Of a stretch of 64,000 nucleotides of DNA, positions 49,072 through 58,464 are shown piece by piece (position 1 is the first letter of the stretch; each line of letters opens with the position of its first letter). The notes beneath the pieces are model-generated. The model was not told the DNA's origin and searched no databases. It worked only from the letters and a program-made list of their open reading frames with translations. The DNA comes from Armatimonadota bacterium (GTDB taxonomy: Bacteria; Armatimonadota; SYMT01): positions 96,001 through 160,000 of the forward strand of contig JAWLHY010000010.1 in the NCBI GenBank assembly GCA_041690135.1, in the 5' to 3' direction. Position numbers and translations under genes: made by a program.

Positions 49072-49350
49072 AGCGCGAACTTCACCCGCGGCCTGGCGGA
49101 GCAACTCACGGAAAAGGGGATCCGGGTGAACGCTGTTGCCCCTGGCCCGGTGTGGACGCCGCTGATCCCGGCTTCCTATCCGGCCGAACAGCTCCATTCG
49201 AGCTTTGGCGCCACGACACCGATGAAGCGAGCCGCCCAACCGGCGGAGATTGCACCGGCGTATGTCTACTTCGCCTCCCAGCAGGATAGCTCGTACGGCT
49301 CCGGCGAGGTACTGCTGCAGACCGGCGGAAAAATTATCGGCCGCGAGTAG
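49072..49350 (+). pseudogene. C-terminal fragment of an SDR oxidoreductase (YhdF/YdaD-like)
   Basis: NFTRGLA...GIRVNAVAPGPVWTPLIP...QPAEIAPAYV; preceded by an in-frame TAG (49069-71); Rossmann N-terminus missing. Confidence 0.85.
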
Positions 49351-49389
49351 ACCGCCCGCCGTTCACTCTCTTCCTTCACGAACTTTGAC

Positions 49390-49444
49390 AGTCGCCGGTC
49401 AGGGAGCATGGGATCTCCATGCCCTCCGCCCGGCGACTTTCTTG
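49390..49444 (+). terminator. intrinsic terminator
   Basis: AGTCGCCGG...GCATGG/CCATGC...CCGGCGACT followed by TTCTT. Confidence 0.6.
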
Positions 49445-49660
49445 ATGCTTCACTCTCCAGCATCTGCCGTTTGTAAAGCCTTGCCTGCGCGGCGGGACCG
49501 AGGCGGAGCCGTCCGGAAAAACCAACCCTGATTTAGAGGAGCATCGTGTAGATCCGCTCCAGTGAATGTGGGAGATCCTACTACAGCCTGGAATAGCCCT
49601 TGTCTGGGTAACACCCGAGCAACAGGCTCGCAGACATGGATATGGATGAAGGAAGGGCGA

Positions 49661-50173
49661 ATGTCGGAGACGCACCAAGTGGGAGCTCTGCAAATTGGTG
49701 ACGACCTCGACTTCGTGCGGCGCACCTGGAAGTTCCAACGGGCCGGATGGGTGGTGATGGCCCTGGTGATCCTTGCTGCTCTCCTGGGGGTATTCGGCAA
49801 AGGGCCGCTCAGCACCGCGCGGGTCGGTGAGGCGGGCCAGGCTTTGTCGGTGGAGTACCACCGGTTGTGGCGGTACCGGAAGCCGGACGATATTACCCTC
49901 CACCTGGGCTCACAGGCCACCACCGGGCGGGAGGCCCGCGTCTGGCTCGCCAGCGATTACGTGGACAAGCTCGAAATCGAGTACATCACTCCGAACCCGG
50001 ACCGGGTGATCGCGGGTAGTGATCGGGTGATCTACGTGTTCAACCTCGCCCAGCCGGGCCAACCGGTCTCCATCACCTTCAATTTCTCTCCACAGCATGT
50101 GGGCGCACTGGAAGCGCAAGTGGGCGTGGTGGATGGACCGGCGCGCGGGTTCACGTCTTTTTACTACCCGTAG
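49661..50173 (+). CDS. hypothetical membrane-anchored protein
   Basis: W..QRAGW, one TM, GPLS; directly upstream of the DUF421 gene. Confidence 0.8.
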   Translation: MSETHQVGALQIGDDLDFVRRTWKFQRAGWVVMALVILAALLGVFGKGPLSTARVGEAGQALSVEYHRLWRYRKPDDITLHLGSQATTGREARVWLASDYVDKLEIEYITPNPDRVIAGSDRVIYVFNLAQPGQPVSITFNFSPQHVGALEAQVGVVDGPARGFTSFYYP

Positions 50174-50197
50174 GCCCGAGGAGAAAGGAGAGGGGCG

Positions 50198-50677
50198 ATG
50201 GACGCCGTACTGCGCGCCGCCGCGATCTATAGTTTCTTGCTACTGCTGTTCCGTATTGCAGGGAAACGTACGTTCCAGGAGATGACTCCCTTCGACTTCG
50301 TCCTGCTGCTGGTGATCGGAGAGTCCACGGAGCATGCCCTGCTCGGGGATGACCGGTCGGTGACGCACGGGCTCTTGCTGATCACCACGTTGGTCGGCCT
50401 GGACGTGGCAATGTCCCTCTGGAAGCAGCGTTCACAGCGCGTGGAAAAGCTCCTGGATGGTGTTCCTCTCATTCTCGTGGCGGAAGGGCAGCTCATCCGG
50501 CAGCACATGGAGAAGGAGCGAGTGGACGAGGTGGACCTTCTGGAGAGCGCGCGCCGTCACCACGGGTTGGAGCGCCTGGACCAGATCCGCTATGCCGTGC
50601 TGGAACCCGGAGGCGGCATCACGATCATCCCTGCGGAAGAGACGAGCAAAGCCGCGCAGGATCGAATGGCGGCCTGA
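50198..50677 (+). CDS. DUF421 / YetF family membrane protein
   Basis: GKRTFQEMTPFDFV, YAVLEPGGGITII. Confidence 0.92.
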   Translation: MDAVLRAAAIYSFLLLLFRIAGKRTFQEMTPFDFVLLLVIGESTEHALLGDDRSVTHGLLLITTLVGLDVAMSLWKQRSQRVEKLLDGVPLILVAEGQLIRQHMEKERVDEVDLLESARRHHGLERLDQIRYAVLEPGGGITIIPAEETSKAAQDRMAA

Positions 50678-50852
50678 TCCAGGGAGTGAGACAGACGGTT
50701 GGCGCCTCGCGAAATGGGGAACTAACCCCAGCGGTAGCCCACCGACATGCGGTTCAGGAGTAGACCTTCCGAGCCCCAATGGAGCCAGGGAAGGGGCATT
50801 CGGGATTGATGCCCCATGCAATGACCGGTGGGCTTCGGCAGGAACGGGGGAT

Positions 50853-51959
50853 ATGCAGCTGAAGACCGGAGTTCTCACCTTCCATCGTTGTTTCAACTAC
50901 GGCAGTTACTGGCAGGCGCGGTGCCTGGTCGAAGCGTTCCGGGAGCGGGGTCATAACGCGGTGCTGCTGGATCACCAGTCCCCCCGGGTGGAGCGTGCCG
51001 AGCGCAAGTGCGGCTTCGAGCCCGTCTTGCCGACTCCCGTTCCGCGAGAGGATCACTTCCTGTACGGGCGCAAGATCGCAAAGTTCCAGCGCGCGTTCGC
51101 CGCACTACCGCGATCATCGCGGTTCCCGCTGGATCAGCCGGAAAAGTTGCCCAGGTTCGACCTGGTGGTCGTGGGCAGCGACGAAGTGTGGAACCTCCGG
51201 CACCCGTGGTACGCCCGGTTTCCCCTCTTCTTCGGCGAGGGGCTGCCGGCTAACCGCCTGGTCTCCTATGCGGGGAGCTTCGGGAACTATCATGCCGCCG
51301 AGGGTCTGGACCGCGAGTGGTCGGAGCGGCTGCGGTCCTTCGAACGGCTGTCGGTGCGCGATGAAAACTCCCGGGTCCACCTCCGCTGCGCACTCGGGGT
51401 CGAGCCGGAGTTGGTCCTCGATCCGTGCCTGCAATTTCCCGTCCGGCCGGAGGGACGCTGGCGGGGTCCGCGCGAATCGTTTGCCCTGGTTTACGGACAC
51501 AACTTCCCGGAGACCTTCGCCGGGCAGGCGCGCCGGTGGGCGGCCGAGAGGGGCCTGCCCCTGGTCAGCATCGGTTACCGCAACGACTGGGCCGACCGCC
51601 AGTGGATCACCGCCGGACCCCATGATTTCGCGCAGGCGATGGAGCGCGCCGCGGCCGTGATCACCAACTTCTTCCACGGCTGTGTCTTCGCCCTGCGGAA
51701 CGCCAAGCCGTTCATCTGCGGGCTCACTCCGTATCGTTCGATCAAGGTGGAGAACCTACTGGCAACGGTCGGAGGCGAAGAGCATCTGGCCACTGAAGCC
51801 ACCGGATACCCGGAGTATGCGGACCGTCTCAACTCCCCAGTGGATCCTTCCATCCTCCGCCGCATGGATGCGCTCCAGCGGTCGTCGGAACGGTTTCTCG
51901 AAGAGATCGCCGGAAAGGAGGCTAGCTTGCAGGCTCGAATGGAAGGGGCCGCGGCATGA
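50853..51959 (+). CDS. polysaccharide pyruvyl transferase family protein
   Basis: TFHRCFNYGSYWQ, VVGSDEVWN, SVRD, LDP, FFHG. Confidence 0.92.
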   Translation: MQLKTGVLTFHRCFNYGSYWQARCLVEAFRERGHNAVLLDHQSPRVERAERKCGFEPVLPTPVPREDHFLYGRKIAKFQRAFAALPRSSRFPLDQPEKLPRFDLVVVGSDEVWNLRHPWYARFPLFFGEGLPANRLVSYAGSFGNYHAAEGLDREWSERLRSFERLSVRDENSRVHLRCALGVEPELVLDPCLQFPVRPEGRWRGPRESFALVYGHNFPETFAGQARRWAAERGLPLVSIGYRNDWADRQWITAGPHDFAQAMERAAAVITNFFHGCVFALRNAKPFICGLTPYRSIKVENLLATVGGEEHLATEATGYPEYADRLNSPVDPSILRRMDALQRSSERFLEEIAGKEASLQARMEGAAA

Positions 51960-53362
51960 CCGAAGCGGCGCGCGCAAAGGGGCCCGAAGCCATCAGTCCC
52001 GCCCAGGTCGTGCACTCCGGTCTGTGTATCGGATGCGGAAGTTGCGTGTCGCAGGCGCAGTCCCCGGATGCACTGATCGTGCTGGATGATTACGGGCAAC
52101 TTCGGCCCAGTGGACCCCCGGATTGGTTCCGCTCGAGGTCGGAGGTACTGGCGCGGACTTGCCCGTTCTCACCCACCGCACACAATGAAGACCGGCTGGC
52201 CGCGGAGTTGTTTCCCGAGGTCGAGCAGTATCCGGACATCGGCCGGATGCGGGGCGCTTACGTGGGCTATGTCGAAGAGGTGGGCTTCCGCGACCGCGGC
52301 AGCTCCGGGGGCATGGTGAGCTGGGTCCTTTCCGAACTCCTGCGCGCCGGCAAGGTGGATGGAGTTGCCCACGTGGTGCCGGTGGATGATCCACAGCAGG
52401 ATGGACGCTTCTTTCGCTACCGGATCTCGCGCACGCCGGAGGAGGTGTTTGCCGGGGCCAAGTCCCGCTATTACCCGGTAGATCTCTCCGGAGTGCTGCA
52501 GACCATCCGGGCCCATCCGGGTCGCTATGCCGTGGTGGGGGTGCCCTGCTTCATCAAGGCGCTGCACTTGCTCCGGCAGGAAGATCCAGTGGTGCGCGAG
52601 CGGGTAGTGTACACCCTCGGACTGTTCTGCGGGCACATGAAGAGCGCACGCTTTGTGGAGAGCTTCGCCTGGCAGATGGGGGTGGACCCGCGGGAGGTGC
52701 GGAAGGTGGAGTACCGCCTGAAGGACCCCAACCGCCCCGCCAGTACGTACACCACCGAGTTGACGCTGCGGGACGGGACGGTGGTGAAACGCGACTGGTG
52801 GAACCTGGCCGACGGAGACTGGGGCGCGGGCTTTTTCCAGTATTCCGCCTGCAACTTCTGCGATGATGTAATCGCGGAGACCGCGGACATCTCCTTCGGC
52901 GATGCGTGGGTAGAGCCCTACTCCTCGGACGGAAGAGGCACCAACGTGGTAGTGACCCGGTCCGCGGAGATGGAGACGCTGATTGCCGGAGGGATCGACC
53001 AGGGCCGCCTTAGTCTGCAACCGGTGGACAGTGAATTTGTGGTAGCGACCCAGGCCGCGGGGTTCCGGCAGCGGCGTGAGGGCCTCTCCTACCGGTTGTC
53101 CTGGCCCCGGCTGGGGCTTCGTCCCCAGAAGCGCGTGGCACCCGACACCCGGCATCTCAGCCGGCGCCGTAAACTCATCTACCGGATGCGGCACCTGATC
53201 AGTGCGTGGAGCCATCGCATGTCCTGGCTCGCGCAAAGAACGGGGCGACCGGAAATCTATGTCCGATGGGCGCGGACTTCCCTGGCGCTCTACCACGGGC
53301 TGGCCTACTCACGTGGACGCATCGGCGAGATTCTCTCACGAGTTCGAGGGTTGCAAGAGTAA
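51956..53362 (+). CDS. coenzyme F420 hydrogenase/dehydrogenase beta-subunit-like (FrhB/FdhB) protein
   Basis: CIGCGSC ferredoxin motif, SSGG, KSRY, GVPC, GLFCGH, CNFCDD...ADISFGDAW. Confidence 0.92.
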   Translation: MTEAARAKGPEAISPAQVVHSGLCIGCGSCVSQAQSPDALIVLDDYGQLRPSGPPDWFRSRSEVLARTCPFSPTAHNEDRLAAELFPEVEQYPDIGRMRGAYVGYVEEVGFRDRGSSGGMVSWVLSELLRAGKVDGVAHVVPVDDPQQDGRFFRYRISRTPEEVFAGAKSRYYPVDLSGVLQTIRAHPGRYAVVGVPCFIKALHLLRQEDPVVRERVVYTLGLFCGHMKSARFVESFAWQMGVDPREVRKVEYRLKDPNRPASTYTTELTLRDGTVVKRDWWNLADGDWGAGFFQYSACNFCDDVIAETADISFGDAWVEPYSSDGRGTNVVVTRSAEMETLIAGGIDQGRLSLQPVDSEFVVATQAAGFRQRREGLSYRLSWPRLGLRPQKRVAPDTRHLSRRRKLIYRMRHLISAWSHRMSWLAQRTGRPEIYVRWARTSLALYHGLAYSRGRIGEILSRVRGLQE

Positions 53363-53382
53363 CTCCGTCCGACGAGTGAAGT

Positions 53383-54252
53383 ATGAGCCTCGACGCGTCC
53401 TCCACCGTTCTAACGTCCGAAGAGATCGACCACTTCTTGCGGTTCGGCTATGTCGTCCTGCACGATTGCTTCCCCCGCGCCCTCGCCGAAGAGTGGACCG
53501 CCGCGGCCATGGAACGCCTGGGATACGACGCCATGGACCCCGCTACCTGGAAGCTATCGCGAGTCCATCTCCCCAGCGTGCGGACGATGGGTTTCCGCAC
53601 CTTCGCCCCGCGCGCATGGCAGGCCGCCTGCGAACTGGTGGGCGGCGAGGAACGGGTGCGGCAGCCCTGCACCGTGAGCGACGGGTTCATCATCAATTTC
53701 CGGATCGGAGGCGGCCGTAAGTGGAAACCGCCCGCGCCGGACGCGGCGGCCTGGCACCTGGACGGCGACTACTTCCGGCATTTCCTGGACAGTCCGGAAC
53801 AAGGCCTGCTCACCCTGATGCTCTGGTCGGATATTGGCCCGCAAATGGGCGGCACCTTCCTGGCCCGCGACTCCGTGGCGGTAGTCGCCCGCTACCTGGC
53901 AGAGCACCCTGAGGGTGTGCGACCGGCACGCCTCGAGACCCGCCGTTTGATGCAGGAATGCCGCGACTTTGTGGAGGTCACCGGCCGGGTGGGCGACGTG
54001 CTGCTGATGCACCCGCTGATGCTTCACGCCGCGTCGCCGAACCCGTCGGGCAAGCCGCGGTTCCTGACGAACCCGCCACTCGCGCTCAAGAAGCCGCTAC
54101 AGTTTCGGCGTGTACGAACTAGCTACTCTCCGGTGGAGCAGGCGGTGCTGCTAGGATTGGGGGCTTCCGAGTACGCGTTTGCTCCTACGGCGCCACGGCA
54201 GCGGATCACCCCGGCGCGAGTGCGGAACCAGCGCAAAATGGGAGTGGGATAA
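53383..54252 (+). CDS. phytanoyl-CoA dioxygenase family (Fe/2OG) protein
   Basis: WHLDG, GGT, GDVLLMHP.MLH. Confidence 0.88.
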   Translation: MSLDASSTVLTSEEIDHFLRFGYVVLHDCFPRALAEEWTAAAMERLGYDAMDPATWKLSRVHLPSVRTMGFRTFAPRAWQAACELVGGEERVRQPCTVSDGFIINFRIGGGRKWKPPAPDAAAWHLDGDYFRHFLDSPEQGLLTLMLWSDIGPQMGGTFLARDSVAVVARYLAEHPEGVRPARLETRRLMQECRDFVEVTGRVGDVLLMHPLMLHAASPNPSGKPRFLTNPPLALKKPLQFRRVRTSYSPVEQAVLLGLGASEYAFAPTAPRQRITPARVRNQRKMGVG

Positions 54253-54320
54253 GGAAGTCAAGATAAGGACAAGGAGGGTTGATAAGGAGGGTGGATAAGG
54301 ATCAGGTTGAGGATGAGGAA
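54248..54320 (+). repeat. purine-rich degenerate GATAAGG repeat tract
   Basis: GATAAGG at 54248, 54262, 54281 and 54294, plus GACAAGG and GATGAGG variants. Confidence 0.65.
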
Positions 54321-54418
54321 AATGGTACCGAGATGGGAGCAGAGTGATGTGGGCGCGATAAAGCAAGGCCCCACATCACCCTTTCGCAAACACAGCTTCC
54401 ATGGGAGACTTGGGCAGA

Positions 54419-54865
54419 TCAGTGGGAGTTGACAAGATGCCGGTCACCTCTTTTCTCCAACTCCTCGACAGGTATCGGTTGGGCCTGACAATAGCGCCGG
54501 ATGAGGTCCAGGATGCGGGGCCAGTGCGCGGGCTTGGTGACCGCCGTGATCGACCCGGGATAGACGCGCGTGTCGAGCCGGTCCGCAACTCCCGAGATGA
54601 CGCAAACCGGAATCGAGGCGTCGAGCGCCTGCTGCCGGGAAAGGAATTCCCAGCCCGTCATCACCGGCATCATCAGGTCCAGCAGGATCACGTCCGGCCG
54701 GCAACCAGCTTCCAGCACGTCCAAGGCCTCACGGCCGTTGGTTGCCTGCCAAACGCAGTAACCTTCTTCCTCCAGGAGCTCCGATACTGACTCTCGGATG
54801 TCCGGATCGTCCTCCACCAGCAGGAGGGTGCCGGCAGATCGAGAGCGGTGGCCGTCGTTGAACAT
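54419..54865 (-). CDS. single-domain response regulator
   Basis: VEDD, LLDLMMP, S at beta4, TKP. Confidence 0.92.
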   Translation of the reverse strand: MFNDGHRSRSAGTLLLVEDDPDIRESVSELLEEEGYCVWQATNGREALDVLEAGCRPDVILLDLMMPVMTGWEFLSRQQALDASIPVCVISGVADRLDTRVYPGSITAVTKPAHWPRILDLIRRYCQAQPIPVEELEKRGDRHLVNSH

Positions 54866-55325
54866 GGTCCCTCCTCATTTAGCCTTCGCCTCGTTCTACC
54901 GGGAGAAGCCCCCTTCCAAAACCCCGGTACCCGACACTTCTCACGGATCTTCGGGCGCTACCCGGCCGTAGCCTCCGCTCTCCACGGAGCGCCAGGACTG
55001 TGAGTGCCAACCCGATTGGACTCCGTGCCGCGATCGATGCACCCACAACGCGATAGAATCACCCGTGCTCAAGCCCGCACTAGGGGGCAGGTGGGATTAC
55101 CTGTGAACTTCTGGAGACACTGGCGGATGCGCACCGCCACGAGCCGCCTCGGAATGAAATTCCGCGGCAACTACGGAGTAAACCCCTCCCATCCCCCATT
55201 CGTGGGTACCCGGCCATGAGGCGGTGTTAGCACCGCACAAGACCGGATCAAATTGTCCACTGTTGCTTTCAGCGCCCCCTACCTTGCCCCGGATAGCGTA
55301 TCCGTACCCCTTGGAGCGGTCCCCC

Positions 55326-56606
55326 ATGTTCAAGAGATCCACTTCCTCCCCTACCAGCCCAGCCAGGATCCCGAGGCGGCGTTTTGTGGCTTTAGCCGCC
55401 GGCCTGGTGGTAGCGGCCGGCCTTTCCGGATCCGCCGTTCCGGCACAGGCACCGCCGCCGGTGCTGATCAACACAAACTTTCCCGGCGCCTCGCTGGGGA
55501 AGGTGGAGAAGCTGGGTGAGACGGAGTTCCGCTGCCATGTACCCGGCCAGTACGACGAGCGCGGGCGCAACCGGCAGACAACCTGGTACTACTTCCGCAT
55601 GGACCGCGTCCGTGGACGGGAGCTTACGATCACCCTGACCGATCTCGTGGGCGAGTACAACGACAGGCCGGGCGCAGTACCCATGAACGCGGACACAGTG
55701 CCGGTGTGGAGCGCGGACGGTCGCCGGTGGACGCATTTCGCGGGGTACGCGTGGAACGACCAGACGAAAGAAGCGACCCTGCGGATTCGGCCGGAGTCCG
55801 ACACGCTCTGGATCGCGCATCAGCCGCCCTATACGCCGGAGGATCTGCATCGCCTCCTGGCGGACGTGGACCGCTCCCCTTCGGCCCGCGTCGAAGTCAT
55901 CGGGAAGACGGTCCAAGGGCGGGACCTGCACCTGGTGACGGTCACGGACTTCGCGGTTCCGGACTCCGGAAAGAAAACGGTGTGGCTCCAGGCCCGGCAG
56001 CACGCCTGGGAGTCGGGCACCTCGCACGTGCTGGACAGCGCCCTGCGGTTCATCACTTCCGAAGAGCCGGACGCGCGGGAACTGCGGCGGAAACTGGTGT
56101 TCAAGTTCCAGCCGATGGGCGACCCTGATGGGGCCGCCAACGGGAAGGTGCGCTTCAATGCCAACGGCTACGACGTGAACCGCCACTGGGAGGAGGTCGA
56201 CCTCCGCGACAAGACTCTTCTTCAGCGGATGCCGGAGATCTGGTACGTGAAAAAGGCCGTACTCGCCCAGTCCGCCGTGGCGCCGATCGACTTGCTGGTG
56301 AACATGCACAACACCGAGACCGCCGAGTACATCGACACCCTGGCGGACAGCGGACCCGCTCGGGAGGTGGTGGAGCGGTTCTACCGGGGGCTGGTCGAAC
56401 GCACCCGCTTCGACCCCAGCCGGCCCCCTACCTATGCCGCCGGGAAGGGCTCCACAAACTCCCTTTACCTGGAGACGAAGTCCCCGGTCGTGCTGATGGA
56501 ACTGCGGATCGGCACGAGCAAAAAGCTGGGGCGCCGCCCCACGGTGGAAGATCGCGTCCGTTTCGGGCCGGAACTGCTGAGGGAAATGGCGAAAGCAGTG
56601 TTGTAA
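55326..56606 (+). CDS. M14 family zinc carboxypeptidase (secreted)
   Basis: ARQHAWE, RFNANGYDVNR, NMH; RRRF followed by a signal peptide. Confidence 0.9.
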   Translation: MFKRSTSSPTSPARIPRRRFVALAAGLVVAAGLSGSAVPAQAPPPVLINTNFPGASLGKVEKLGETEFRCHVPGQYDERGRNRQTTWYYFRMDRVRGRELTITLTDLVGEYNDRPGAVPMNADTVPVWSADGRRWTHFAGYAWNDQTKEATLRIRPESDTLWIAHQPPYTPEDLHRLLADVDRSPSARVEVIGKTVQGRDLHLVTVTDFAVPDSGKKTVWLQARQHAWESGTSHVLDSALRFITSEEPDARELRRKLVFKFQPMGDPDGAANGKVRFNANGYDVNRHWEEVDLRDKTLLQRMPEIWYVKKAVLAQSAVAPIDLLVNMHNTETAEYIDTLADSGPAREVVERFYRGLVERTRFDPSRPPTYAAGKGSTNSLYLETKSPVVLMELRIGTSKKLGRRPTVEDRVRFGPELLREMAKAVL

Positions 56607-56607
56607 A

Positions 56608-57069
56608 TCAAATTGGTTGGATATGCTCGTAGAGATCGGTGATCAATTCCGTTTCGGGGACGCAAGTGCAGTCGTTGACGTAGATCTCGAATGACGGGCC
56701 GCCACCGGGAATGCGGCCGGAACGCAGGATCTCCTGGATGAGCTCCCCCCACGCGGCCGGAAGCCCCGAATAGGAGCCCGGGTGCCGCGCACAGGCATAG
56801 GTGCCGCCCGGGATCTCGAAAACGGTGACGGCGGGATCATCGATCACGGCATCGGCCGGGAGGGTGGTGCAGGCGTCGGAGCGGAGCTGGTCCGGCGCGA
56901 CTTCCTGGGGGTTGTCCCAGTACACGCCCACCATGGCGCCTTGGGGCAAGCCGGAGGTCTCCAGCCACTTCCCTAGCCTTCCGAACGCCTCTCCGATCTC
57001 CCAGTACGGGCCGATGTGGCGGACGCCCACCACCCGCAGTGGGGAAATCTCGCGGAACTCGACTTTCAC
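56608..57069 (-). CDS. GyrI-like small-molecule-binding protein
   Basis: RHIGPY, LRSDAC, GGTYA..H.GSY, FEIYVND. Confidence 0.92.
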   Translation of the reverse strand: MKVEFREISPLRVVGVRHIGPYWEIGEAFGRLGKWLETSGLPQGAMVGVYWDNPQEVAPDQLRSDACTTLPADAVIDDPAVTVFEIPGGTYACARHPGSYSGLPAAWGELIQEILRSGRIPGGGPSFEIYVNDCTCVPETELITDLYEHIQPI

Positions 57070-57099
57070 GGCGTTCTCTCCTCCGTCGTCAGTTAGCTT

Positions 57100-57525
57100 T
57101 CAGGATTCGTCTTCAGCCGCCTCTTCCTGGAGTTCGAACATCGCCCGGATCTCCTGGGGGACGGAACGCGGCCGGCCGCTGGTGAGATCGACGTAAACCC
57201 AGTCCGTTTCTCCCCGCGCCAGGAGCGTGTCGTCACCCGTCCGGACGAATTCGTAGCGGCGTAGCGAGAAGGCTCGCCGCACATCCGAGACCCAGGTCCG
57301 TACTTCGATCCGGTCGCCGGCAAAGGCAGGCTTGAAGTACTCGATCTGGTGGCGGCGGGCCATCCAGGCCGCACCGGCGGCCTCGGTAGCAGCGGTGCAA
57401 CCGACGGCATCCGAATGCGCCGTTGCCGCATCCTGCATCCAGCGCACGTACTCCACGTTGTTGACGTGCCCCAGGCGATCGATGGAAGCTTCGGAGACTT
57501 CGATCCGATGGATGTGCTGAGCCAT
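57100..57525 (-). CDS. acyl-CoA thioesterase (4HBT family)
   Basis: IDRLGHVNNVEYVRW. Confidence 0.93.
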   Translation of the reverse strand: MAQHIHRIEVSEASIDRLGHVNNVEYVRWMQDAATAHSDAVGCTAATEAAGAAWMARRHQIEYFKPAFAGDRIEVRTWVSDVRRAFSLRRYEFVRTGDDTLLARGETDWVYVDLTSGRPRSVPQEIRAMFELQEEAAEDES

Positions 57526-57651
57526 GGGTTCCCCTCGCTGACCGGTGAGTGCGACCGGCCCTTCACTGCGATCGAGACGGCCGGGACCGAACCCCTCCAG
57601 AAAGGTTTACCATCGAAACAACCGGCGGGTGCAACCTTTTGCCGCTAGAGG

Positions 57652-58185
57652 CTATTCGAACGTCACTCCGTAGCCTTCCAGCAGCGGGACGATCTCCTGG
57701 GTGTTGGATTCCCACAGATCTCCGGGATTGATGGGCTCGACTTTCCCATTGAGGTGGCGAACGTACCAGAGTTTCCCGCGCCGGCGACCGCCGGTAACAC
57801 CGTGCGCGATGCGGACCGACTCGACGTCCCCGTAATCGAATCCCTTGGTCATGGGTGCGAACCAGAACCCGGTCCGCTGCTCGATGCGTTTCGGCGTCAC
57901 GACTACGCGGTCGAGTGCCATGTTGGGAAGCACGATCCCCAGAGCGAAGAAGGCAATGAGGACGGAAGGGATCATCACCCGGGCGCCCCAGGAGTAACAC
58001 CTGGCCAGGGCCGCGACGGCCGCCGAACAGACGGCAACCATGAACACGAGGAACAGAACCATGGGCGGGAACCGGAACACCATTTCCGATGCCGCTCCCT
58101 GCGCGCACGCGGCGCCGGCGAGGGATAGTCCGAACAGGGCGAGGAAGGGTGCGTTGATCCGGAATGGGGAGAAAACACGCCGCAC
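57652..58185 (-). CDS. hypothetical membrane protein
   Basis: Two or three hydrophobic helices followed by a small beta-rich domain. Confidence 0.65.
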   Translation of the reverse strand: MRRVFSPFRINAPFLALFGLSLAGAACAQGAASEMVFRFPPMVLFLVFMVAVCSAAVAALARCYSWGARVMIPSVLIAFFALGIVLPNMALDRVVVTPKRIEQRTGFWFAPMTKGFDYGDVESVRIAHGVTGGRRRGKLWYVRHLNGKVEPINPGDLWESNTQEIVPLLEGYGVTFE

Positions 58186-58464
58186 GAGATAAGCCTTTCA
58201 CCATGGTCGCCGCGCGGGGTTGCCTTACCTCCGGCGACGCGTACTTATAGCCAAGGAGTACAACGCCCGCCGGCTTGTAGAGCTGCCGGCCGACCTGGTC
58301 ACACCGGCTGAGGTATCGGCAGAAACGGGGGCTCACTCAAGATGAGTCGTAGGGCGGTCGTCGGGGAGTGTCATCCGTGAAGTTGTAAGGCCGTAGGAGG
58401 GGGCGGTACGAACGGGGAACAGTTGTATGCTGGTGCAACGACGCACCGGGAAAGGAAGCCCTCG

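Noticed and set aside
50457-50852. N-terminal extension of the pyruvyltransferase ORF
   Set aside because: Overlaps DUF421; family similarity begins at ATG 50853.
55143-55168. REP-like GCCGCCTCGGAATGAAATTCCGCGGC
   Set aside because: Single imperfect copy in this window; too weak to call.
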